A stretch of DNA of 43,307 bases, from positions 1 through 43,307 of the IMG/VR virus record IMGVR_UViG_3300043394_000368. One strand, given 5' to 3'. Every line of letters starts with the position of its first letter. Within the stretch, counting starts at the first letter, position 1. The notes under the pieces were generated by a model. It had not been told where the DNA came from. It did not search any database and saw only the letters and a program-made list of their open reading frames with translations. Source of the DNA: a virus (lineage: Duplodnaviria; Caudoviricetes). The position numbers and the translations under genes were made by a program. Below are positions 35,808-43,307 of this stretch, piece after piece.

Positions 35808-36246
35808 ATTAAAAGACATATTGAATGAAGTGTTTAGTCTTGGATTCAATTTAGAGACTCCAGTTGCCAATGTGATAAAGTTGGGCAGGTCTCCATCAGG
35901 AAACATATTCTTAAACTTCAATGAAAATTCAATACGAGAAGGTCGTTCACCATCTGGCGATATTCTATTGACAATAGACAGAGATAGAATAAGATTAGGT
36001 AGAACTCCATCTGGAAGAATAATTGCCAGATTTGTAAATCCTTTTGTTAGATTAGGTGAAAGTCAAACAGGAAAAGTAATAGCAAATATAGATTCTTCAA
36101 ACAGAGTTAGAGAAGGTCGTTCACCATCTGGTGATATTCTTGCTACGGTTATTGTTGGTAAAAAAGAAAAGACAGATGCTAAAATGGCAGGAGCTGCTGC
36201 TGCAGTTTATTTGTTCACAAAAAATATGATAAGGATAATAGAATGA
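35800..36246 (+). CDS. Five-repeat beta protein with MIKLKDILNE leader
   Basis: Five ~19-aa repeats (I/V)RxGRSPSGxI; GGAG RBS. Confidence 0.75.
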   Translation: MIKLKDILNEVFSLGFNLETPVANVIKLGRSPSGNIFLNFNENSIREGRSPSGDILLTIDRDRIRLGRTPSGRIIARFVNPFVRLGESQTGKVIANIDSSNRVREGRSPSGDILATVIVGKKEKTDAKMAGAAAAVYLFTKNMIRIIE

Positions 36247-37415
36247 TTACTCTCAAAAACTTATTGAATACTATAATGGAAGATTCAAGAAAATCACAAA
36301 CTCGCCGTAAAAGATTTTGGATGGTAAACGAAGGCGGTGAAGTTGGATTTGAATTGGATGCAAAAGAATTTCAAGAATTAAATGCATTCGCAAAACAAGT
36401 TGGTGCAGACATTACACCATTTATTGAAATGGAATTGGATGAAAAAGAAAAACCTAAATACTTAAACATGACAACTGCAGAATTAGAAGAAGGTGGTTAT
36501 GTTGTTAAGATTGATAAATCAGTTTTCGATAGTGTTGAGGAGATAGTTGATTTAGGTATGTCTGCAAAGAAGTGGTATGAGGATATGAATAAGAAGATTA
36601 TGGAAGCTATGAATCAATCCGATGGATGTTTGTTCTTAATTCTTCTTGGTATATTTGCATCTTTTTCTAGATTAGCAGACAATTTCAAATTAGCGTCACA
36701 AGTTTATACCGGTATAAAAAGAGACTTATCTAATCCTGAAACAGAAAGACAACTTCTAGCTATGATTGAGTTACCAAGCACAGAAGTATATCAAAGAATA
36801 AAGACACGAAATGAATTTAAGAACTTGGCAACAGTAAAGGGATTCATTAAAGGAAACAAAAGTGTTCCAACTGTTTTACCAAACATATTAAGAACTCTCA
36901 AATTGTACAAAGCAAAAGGATATAAATTTGACACAAAAGATGTTGCAAACGAAATCGGTAAACACATAAGACAAGATACGGGTGCGTTATTAGATACAAA
37001 GGTCATTTCTTCTGAAAAGATATTATCATTCTGCCTTAATCTTATAGATCCAACATATAAAACTTCTTACGGTTGGATGCCAGTTACAATGGATATTTGG
37101 ATGGCAACATTTTTCTATCCCAATTTATCAACCGAAGAAAAGAGAAAGATATTGGCAAAAAATAAAAACTATGTATATCTTTCCAAACAAACACAAGACC
37201 TTGCTGCCAAATTCAACATGGAACCACTTGAAATGCAAGCGATACTTTGGGTTGGTACTATTCGTAAAAGAAAAGGTGATGCCTACCTATCAACATTCGA
37301 CCAGGCAATAGAACATAACCTAAATAAGTTTAATATAAAAATAGAAGAACTTAAAGAATCTGGAAAAGTATTTGAAGAAATAGTAACCCTAATAGGTAGT
37401 AAGGCATTAAGTTAA
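36243..37415 (+). CDS. HhH/EndoIII-like glycosylase-fold candidate with leader MITLKNLL
   Basis: KWYE, LLGIFAS...DNFKLA, KILSFCLNL, PVTMDIWM, P.EMQAILW. Confidence 0.45.
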   Translation: MITLKNLLNTIMEDSRKSQTRRKRFWMVNEGGEVGFELDAKEFQELNAFAKQVGADITPFIEMELDEKEKPKYLNMTTAELEEGGYVVKIDKSVFDSVEEIVDLGMSAKKWYEDMNKKIMEAMNQSDGCLFLILLGIFASFSRLADNFKLASQVYTGIKRDLSNPETERQLLAMIELPSTEVYQRIKTRNEFKNLATVKGFIKGNKSVPTVLPNILRTLKLYKAKGYKFDTKDVANEIGKHIRQDTGALLDTKVISSEKILSFCLNLIDPTYKTSYGWMPVTMDIWMATFFYPNLSTEEKRKILAKNKNYVYLSKQTQDLAAKFNMEPLEMQAILWVGTIRKRKGDAYLSTFDQAIEHNLNKFNIKIEELKESGKVFEEIVTLIGSKALS

Positions 37416-37450
37416 AAAGAAACCCCTCGAATTTCGAGGGGTTTTTTATT
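37416..37450. terminator. Bidirectional terminator
   Basis: AAACCCCTCGAA-T-TTCGAGGGGTTT between convergent genes. Confidence 0.88.
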
Positions 37451-37730
37451 AGAAGATGTCTTGTTTCAAATCACTTGTTATTATGTTCAAAAATTCAACA
37501 CCCTTAACTGTTAATGAGCAATCATTGAATCGTATTCTATTTTTAATACCTATTACAACATCATAGTCATATTTACGCCTATCTTTAATTTTATGCAGTT
37601 TAAGCAATACCCAATCTATCTTTTCCAAAACATCTTCTTTTTGTTCTTGTGAACTGTATGGTGTATATTCCACATAATTCAATTCAGACACATCATCTAT
37701 TTCCAAACTACTAAAAAACTGTTCTAACAT
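37449..37730 (-). CDS. Hypothetical protein
   Basis: In-operon ORF. Confidence 0.6.
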   Translation of the reverse strand: MLEQFFSSLEIDDVSELNYVEYTPYSSQEQKEDVLEKIDWVLLKLHKIKDRRKYDYDVVIGIKNRIRFNDCSLTVKGVEFLNIITSDLKQDIF

Positions 37731-37732
37731 AA

Positions 37733-38965
37733 TTACAAACTACCATAAGTTACAGATGCGTCTACACTATAATCTGACAGTATTTGAATATCAAATCCCA
37801 AAAATTTGAGTAAGTTATTGAGTGGTAAAGATAATTTAGTAGTGACTTCTTTCAAGAAATTCATTACACCATTTATTATTTTCTTAATAATAGATATACC
37901 TTTTTCTTGTATACTGTTCCATAAATCTGAAAATGCACCCTCTGATATTAACCTTGATTTTCTATTATGATACAATTTTCTTTCTTCAAGAACAAGTTTA
38001 TCGAATTTTTTTAACTCATTTTCCATGAATAATTGAACTGTTTTTGTTATACGAACACCGGAACTTTTAGAGCCGAATTTAGGTATTGTAAAACTAGAAA
38101 CCACTTTATCAGTAACATCTTTAACCGTATGATTTTTAATAGTTGAAAAGTCAGCAGTCCAAGTTAATATAGAATCTGCTCTGCCTTCCGAATCTCGACC
38201 TAACATTGTTTTACCAGATAATGATTCGTATATGAATGCCTTTTTGAAAGCATCATCTCCTTGTATTGAATCGAATATCTTTATTATTTGGTCATTCATA
38301 TCTTTTGTATTTTTATCGTAATCGGCTATCAATTCTTGCATGGTTGTATTTACAAGTTTTCTCAATTCACCAAGACCATATTTTTTATTATCAAACATCC
38401 TTGACAACTTAGCACCTTCAGCATTTGATAACTCTTTAAGAGTTGCAACAGATTTTCTTACAATTTCTTTTACCTTTATGTCTTGTTTTGTTTTATCCAT
38501 TGCACAATGTATCAACGCTATTATTTGTGGAGCAGATGCATCTAATACTCTAACTTTTGTGCTTGCATTTTTAACAGAATATGTAATACCTTGACCAATA
38601 ACATCTGCTTTAGATCTAACCGATCCTATTCCACCATACGCCTTCCAAATATCTGTTGTTGGGAAATTGGAATCACCAACTTGTTTTGCGTTTGATGGTA
38701 ACTTTTCTTTTTTTATTTCTAATATGGCACCGTAATATACTTCAACCGCATTACCTTTTAGAAATCTTCCAAAATAGTTTTTAAGAAAAACGGCATCTTT
38801 TACTCTTGTTTTGTAAAAAGTTGCAAATTCTTCCTTTGTCAAGTTTTGATTGGACATTAAAATAGCCAACACATTTTCGGCATCAGTTGATCCAGAAGTA
38901 TCTCCTTCTGATAACATAACTTCTTTCATCAATCTAACTAGTGACATATTTTTTTTACTTCTCAT
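37733..38965 (-). CDS. Restriction-endonuclease-fold candidate with LxE leader
   Basis: DAENVL, RSKADVI...YSVKN (KxD..SxK variant of PD-(D/E)xK); N-term LMKEVMLSE, internal RLISE. Confidence 0.45.
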   Translation of the reverse strand: MRSKKNMSLVRLMKEVMLSEGDTSGSTDAENVLAILMSNQNLTKEEFATFYKTRVKDAVFLKNYFGRFLKGNAVEVYYGAILEIKKEKLPSNAKQVGDSNFPTTDIWKAYGGIGSVRSKADVIGQGITYSVKNASTKVRVLDASAPQIIALIHCAMDKTKQDIKVKEIVRKSVATLKELSNAEGAKLSRMFDNKKYGLGELRKLVNTTMQELIADYDKNTKDMNDQIIKIFDSIQGDDAFKKAFIYESLSGKTMLGRDSEGRADSILTWTADFSTIKNHTVKDVTDKVVSSFTIPKFGSKSSGVRITKTVQLFMENELKKFDKLVLEERKLYHNRKSRLISEGAFSDLWNSIQEKGISIIKKIINGVMNFLKEVTTKLSLPLNNLLKFLGFDIQILSDYSVDASVTYGSL

Positions 38966-39573
38966 TTTGAAATTACTCCGAGTATTTTACCAAACTTTGT
39001 TGTGTATTTGATACGGTCTTGTAACCCATTAGTTCCACCGTTAATCAGTTTTGTTAATTCAAGTATAACTGTTTCAGTTAATCCTTTATCCGATACTGTA
39101 TTCAATTTATTCTTATGAAAGAACCATGCTGCTGATAGTAGTGGGTATCTATTTGCCACCAAATCTGGATTAGAGATAATATCCTCATTAACAAATTTAT
39201 CAAATGCAGTATAATTGTTTTTGCCTGTCAATTGAATATATCCTCTGCCTCTAAATTTCCAACCGTCATTTGTTCCTTCGGCACCATTACCCATTCTACT
39301 GGCATAAACTCTTGACGCAATTCTCTCTGGATTTCTAGAGTATGCTTCCGCAAGACCTGGTTGTTTGAAATACTTTGGGAATGTTGCTAACAAACCTTTT
39401 GTTGAATAATTCAAATTTTCCGTCTTAAACTTAAAGTTACCACTTTCATGTGCACATTGGCCGAGAAAATGTGACATTCTTACCGATGTATTTATTCCGA
39501 ATGTGTCTATTACAGATTGTAATTCACCATAAACACTATCCGGCAAATGTCCTTTTAGTTTTGTGATGTCCAT
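38962..39573 (-). CDS. Glycoside hydrolase family 19 endolysin
   Basis: HFLGQCAHESGNF, ENLNYS, DGWKFRGRGYIQLTGKNNY, TKLINGGTNGLQDR. Confidence 0.92.
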   Translation of the reverse strand: MDITKLKGHLPDSVYGELQSVIDTFGINTSVRMSHFLGQCAHESGNFKFKTENLNYSTKGLLATFPKYFKQPGLAEAYSRNPERIASRVYASRMGNGAEGTNDGWKFRGRGYIQLTGKNNYTAFDKFVNEDIISNPDLVANRYPLLSAAWFFHKNKLNTVSDKGLTETVILELTKLINGGTNGLQDRIKYTTKFGKILGVISK

Positions 39574-39577
39574 TGGA

Positions 39578-39898
39578 TTACCCCTTATTGGCAAAAAATT
39601 CCGTTACATGAAGCTTTGCCCAATCCGTAGGTGTATTTTTCCAAGCGTTTTTTCTTAAAGCATCCAACATTAAAGCAACATCTTCGGATTTTGCTTCCTT
39701 TTCATTTTGATTGAAAAAATCCCATTCATATTGAACAGCGTTTATGTATTCCGGATTGTTAGACAATCTATTTGTTAATACTTCTTCTTTTGCCTTAGGT
39801 GAAAGTTCCATTCCAAGATCTTGAAATATATCCTCTTTGAGTAATACACGTTTGAATTTATCTTGTAATTTTCTACCCTCACTTACTAAATCTTTCAT
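39578..39898 (-). CDS. Hypothetical protein with LVSE/LLKE motifs
   Basis: MKDLVSEGRKLQDKFKRVLLKEDIF. Confidence 0.6.
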   Translation of the reverse strand: MKDLVSEGRKLQDKFKRVLLKEDIFQDLGMELSPKAKEEVLTNRLSNNPEYINAVQYEWDFFNQNEKEAKSEDVALMLDALRKNAWKNTPTDWAKLHVTEFFANKG

Positions 39899-39953
39899 AT
39901 CAATCTCTGAATGAATAATAAATACCACATATAAATATCGATTAAAAATTAAA

Positions 39954-40589
39954 TTAGTCTACTTCATGGTTGTAAAAATAATAGGCAGTGTTACCGTAAC
40001 TACGATCAATATCCTCACTTGACATTAGTGGATTCTTAATTCTTATCTTAGGTGGTTTATTTTTATCGTATGGAACAATGAAATCTGGATTATGCCATCT
40101 TAATAAATTGTTTGGATGTATACAAAAATTACCATCTTCCAATTCTATAAAATGATAACATTTACTGTCCATATCTTGTGAATAACCAACATGAATTTCA
40201 TTTGGATCGGTATAGTAATCATCTATTGTAAAGTGATATATTCCACTACGCCATTTTTTATCTCTACAAAACACATCAACTCTTTTATGTTGAAGAAACT
40301 TGAAACAGCAAACTGATATTGCAGTTGATTGACAATCCCATGTTTGTAATAACTGTAATCGTTTTTTTTCATCGGTTGAAAGTATATCAAAATTTTCAGT
40401 ATGGAAGAATGCACTTATTGGCATATTCCAAAAAACCGCACCTATCTCGCTCTGAAAGTGAAACAACATAGGATAATTTAGCATAGATTTTACACCAAAG
40501 ATATACCCATGCAAATGTGTATCGTAACCTGTTATTTCTTTCCGAATGTAACATTGGACATACGGAGTATTAGCATTTAATTGTGCCAT
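39954..40589 (-). CDS. Conserved hypothetical phage protein
   Basis: LNANTP...YIRKE, FGVKS, GAVFWNMPISAF, LQTWDC, YHFTID, GNFCIHPNN; GGAG RBS. Confidence 0.75.
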   Translation of the reverse strand: MAQLNANTPYVQCYIRKEITGYDTHLHGYIFGVKSMLNYPMLFHFQSEIGAVFWNMPISAFFHTENFDILSTDEKKRLQLLQTWDCQSTAISVCCFKFLQHKRVDVFCRDKKWRSGIYHFTIDDYYTDPNEIHVGYSQDMDSKCYHFIELEDGNFCIHPNNLLRWHNPDFIVPYDKNKPPKIRIKNPLMSSEDIDRSYGNTAYYFYNHEVD

Positions 40590-40642
40590 GTTTTTCTCCC
40601 ATATTTAGTATACATATAAATATGAGATTACAAATATAAACA

Positions 40643-40671
40643 GAAATCGCCAGATTATATCTGGCGATTTC
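40643..40671 (-). terminator. Intrinsic terminator
   Basis: GAAATCGCCAGAT-TAT-ATCTGGCGATTTC. Confidence 0.75.
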
Positions 40672-40700
40672 GTAACTCTATTAAAACATGGTTATTGAGA

Positions 40701-41876
40701 TTATTGAATTACAACCCAAGTTGTTCCATTGTACCAAAGTGTTCTAGATTGACCTGGCCATATCGGATAATCAATTGCGGTATCTGTTCCCCAAACTGAA
40801 TGTTTGATAAACACATTATTGGCAGTAGCACCGTTGTAGATAGTTACAAGTTGACCAGATGACGGTGATGTTACAGTTGCAATGTCATAATCAACAGCAA
40901 CACGACTTACCACCCATCGTGAATCACTTGCCAATGATAATGGTGCAATAGTGTGAATAGCAACACTACTTGTTCTATGTTGTGGATTGATTTCCCATGA
41001 TATACCAAGAACACCACGAACTGCATAAGAACCAACAGGTGCGGTCGAACTACCTTCGAGTGAAGAAAGTCTTACGGATTCCGTTGTGAAATTACGATGT
41101 TCGATTGAGTTATCAACCAATGTTTTTGCAGTATCTGCAAGAACTGAACGAGCAGCGTTTGTGGCAAATGCAGATGTTGATGCAAAGTTTGAGTGGTCTG
41201 CATCATAAGCAAATACTGATGTATCTGCATCGAAAGCATGGGCAGAATTACGAGCAAAAATACTTGTATCGGATTTAGCAGAATGAGCAGATGTTGTTGA
41301 ATATGTTGCCAAATCAGCAAGAGTTGCTCTACCAGCTGCACGAGCAGTATCTGCAAAGCCAGAAGTATTTGAATGATTACTGATTGTTGTTGAATCTGCA
41401 AAGTCTGATGTTGTTGCATGATTCGCATTTACGGCAACCGCAGAAATCTTAGCACTATCTGCAAGTTTTGCTCTATTAGAATTTTGAGAAATTTTTGCCT
41501 CACCGGCTTCCAATGAATAAGTTGAAAGTAATGAGTAAGGAACTGTTCTGATTTCTAATCTACCAAGTGAAACACCATTCACATAAGCAAATACAAATAA
41601 TCTTTTACCATGATTATCAATCAAGATATTATCAGCAACATTCTCAATAACATAATTGATAATACCGTTGTTAATCTCAATCTCAACATTTTCACGATAC
41701 CAAAGTGCATCCGCATTGATATGCGATCCTTCATCGAAATTACTATCTGCAATATAGATAGAAAGTTTTGAATCGATTGGTGTGCCAGCAGGTGCATGTG
41801 CCTGATATTGAATGTTTGTTCCAGCAAAAGCATTAAATGAAACGAGAGCAACAAGTGCCAAAATAAAGTAACGCAT
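40701..41876 (-). CDS. Secreted fibre/adhesin-like protein with AxxA(D)xA repeats
   Basis: Signal peptide, IQYQA, TVPYSL followed by a long A/S/D/T period-3 repeat, C-terminal beta domain LWYNGTTWVV. Confidence 0.7.
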   Translation of the reverse strand: MRYFILALVALVSFNAFAGTNIQYQAHAPAGTPIDSKLSIYIADSNFDEGSHINADALWYRENVEIEINNGIINYVIENVADNILIDNHGKRLFVFAYVNGVSLGRLEIRTVPYSLLSTYSLEAGEAKISQNSNRAKLADSAKISAVAVNANHATTSDFADSTTISNHSNTSGFADTARAAGRATLADLATYSTTSAHSAKSDTSIFARNSAHAFDADTSVFAYDADHSNFASTSAFATNAARSVLADTAKTLVDNSIEHRNFTTESVRLSSLEGSSTAPVGSYAVRGVLGISWEINPQHRTSSVAIHTIAPLSLASDSRWVVSRVAVDYDIATVTSPSSGQLVTIYNGATANNVFIKHSVWGTDTAIDYPIWPGQSRTLWYNGTTWVVIQ

Positions 41877-41897
41877 TTTAATTATACCTCTTAAAAA

Positions 41898-42314
41898 TTA
41901 GTAAATGATAGTTGTTGAATAAGTAACATTAGAGTTTGTTGTAACTCTAACAATATACACACCACGATTTGTTAGTGTGATTGTTTTAGTGGAAACATCA
42001 ATCCCTTCTGTTAAGAACTTACCATACAGGTCAGATACTTGAATTGATTTAACATTGTCCATACCAACAGTTGCAAAACCATAACACGGGTTCGGGTAAA
42101 CCAAACCATCAACATTTCTTGTTTCTTCTACGGACAAGGCGACTCGTTTTGGAATACGAATACCAATATGAAATCCGTTCTTGAATCCAGCAACTACTTG
42201 TCCAAGTGTTGCATTACCATTACCACCGCTAACAATACATTTATGTAGATGTGGTTTGGTGTCACTCGCAGTCAATACGCCAACTGCGAGGAATAAGGCA
42301 ATGATATACTTCAT
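41898..42314 (-). CDS. Secreted protein with T9SS type-A sorting-like C-terminal domain
   Basis: Signal peptide, SGG..ATLGQ..GF, VYPNP, VSDLYGK, GVYIVRV. Confidence 0.7.
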   Translation of the reverse strand: MKYIIALFLAVGVLTASDTKPHLHKCIVSGGNGNATLGQVVAGFKNGFHIGIRIPKRVALSVEETRNVDGLVYPNPCYGFATVGMDNVKSIQVSDLYGKFLTEGIDVSTKTITLTNRGVYIVRVTTNSNVTYSTTIIY

Positions 42315-42345
42315 TGTCTAAACTCCTTTTGAAAATTATTAAGTT

Positions 42346-42381
42346 TACTAATATATGAAATTTACAGATAAGAACCAAGCA
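42346..42381 (-). promoter_or_regulatory. Variant Bacteroidota-type promoter
   Basis: Minus strand TGCTTGGTTCTTATCTGTAAATTTCATATATTAGTA. Confidence 0.55.
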
Positions 42382-42385
42382 TTTT

Positions 42386-42718
42386 TTAACCCATTGGGTT
42401 GGCATCCCTAATTTTTTGTTTAATCCACTCGTAGACTTTTTCTTCATGTGCATTAACTTTCCATTCTTTAACAGTTCTTGGGTCCATTTCGTGAAGTCCG
42501 AAAGGACGAACATCAGATATTTTAGCAACATGTCCTGTCTCAAATTCTATATGCCATGCAACTTTTTCCACACCATCAAATTCATCTCCAGAATCGGTTG
42601 AAAATGTTGGTTGTCCAAACGCTTTCAATAAGTGTCTGAACTCACATTCCATAACGCCAACTTGTGGAGCAAGTCTGACCACAACATTTTTTCCCAGTCT
42701 GTGTTTGGGATAATCCAT
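42386..42718 (-). CDS. Conserved hypothetical phage protein
   Basis: LLKAFGQPT...KVAWHIEFETGHVAKISD...EWKV; GAGG RBS. Confidence 0.7.
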   Translation of the reverse strand: MDYPKHRLGKNVVVRLAPQVGVMECEFRHLLKAFGQPTFSTDSGDEFDGVEKVAWHIEFETGHVAKISDVRPFGLHEMDPRTVKEWKVNAHEEKVYEWIKQKIRDANPMG

Positions 42719-42730
42719 AACTACCTCGTT

Positions 42731-42919
42731 TTATTTTTTGTAATCTGTTTCGTAAAATCCATTTCCTTTCAATATAGGTTTACTATTTGAAAATGTTTCT
42801 ACTTTATTTAATTTTGATTTCTTACCACAAGAACATTTTTCTGGAACAGAAGTTGTAAGTGGCACATAGTATTCATCAATTTTACCACATTTATCACATT
42901 CAAAGTCATAGGTTGGCAT
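42731..42919 (-). CDS. FmdB-family zinc-ribbon protein
   Basis: MPTYDFECDKCG...CSCG...LKGNGFYETDYK; GGAGG RBS. Confidence 0.85.
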   Translation of the reverse strand: MPTYDFECDKCGKIDEYYVPLTTSVPEKCSCGKKSKLNKVETFSNSKPILKGNGFYETDYKK

Positions 42920-43088
42920 AAAAAACTCCTCCATGAAATATCCAGTTAATAAACATTTGTATTAGATATATTCCGATTGCAACAGGTAGACCCAATGCAA
43001 AAGTAAATATAATGGCGAATATGGAATAGATGACATAAAAAACTGGTGTCATTATACCAATGGAAATAAACTCGAAAAATTTGTCCAT
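42906..43088 (-). CDS. Small membrane protein
   Basis: Strongly hydrophobic 60-aa ORF. Confidence 0.55.
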   Translation of the reverse strand: MDKFFEFISIGIMTPVFYVIYSIFAIIFTFALGLPVAIGIYLIQMFINWIFHGGVFYANL

Positions 43089-43103
43089 AACAAAACCTTT
43101 ATA

Positions 43104-43307
43104 TTAAGAAGATGTAACATCCAGAATAAGACGATTATAGTCTATATTGTTTACGTTTATAGTTCCCTTTATTATACCAAGACCCATTTTAGTTAATTCA
43201 CTACGGAATAAAAATTCCTTAAGCTTTAATTTTATTATGGGCATTGCTGATTGAACCAAGACATTATTATTAAATTCATCAGTATCACTTAAAAACATTT
43301 GTTCGTT
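43104..43307 (-). CDS. 3' end of a hypothetical protein (start probably outside window)
   Basis: Frame open to the window edge. Confidence 0.5.
   Translation of the reverse strand, partial: NEQMFLSDTDEFNNNVLVQSAMPIIKLKLKEFLFRSELTKMGLGIIKGTINVNNIDYNRLILDVTSS

Overview
This window looks like a 43-kb, AT-rich segment of a large (jumbo-type) tailed phage genome rather than a bacterial chromosome. It has dense small orphan ORFs, three tRNAs, a homing-endonuclease-like gene, ArdA, ThyX, UvsE, a MoxR-type AAA+/VWA pair, GroES/GroEL and three peptidoglycan hydrolases (SLT/lysozyme-like, CHAP, GH19). The host is probably in the Bacteroidota/Chlorobi (FCB) group, based on about 18 copies of the TTTG-N19-TAnnTTTG sigma promoter, DUF4494, a Fib_succ_major domain and a T9SS-type C-terminal domain. 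Main unexplained structures: (1) unrelated proteins, including three ADP-ribosyltransferase-fold candidates, a glycosylase-like protein and a nuclease-like protein, share an N-terminal MIKLKDILxE leader, a candidate head-targeting and protease-cleaved signal for injected effectors; (2) an early region (about 18.4-30 kb, plus 7.2-8.9 kb) is built of promoter-bounded gene cassettes, with filled and empty versions, preceded by clusters of a fixed 25-bp TAA-N19-TTA quasi-palindrome; (3) intergenic tRNA-like RNA candidates and an MraZ-box-like GTGG repeat; (4) an orientation-biased TATTTAT motif that may be the late promoter. All calls come from reading the sequence by eye; no database searches were run.
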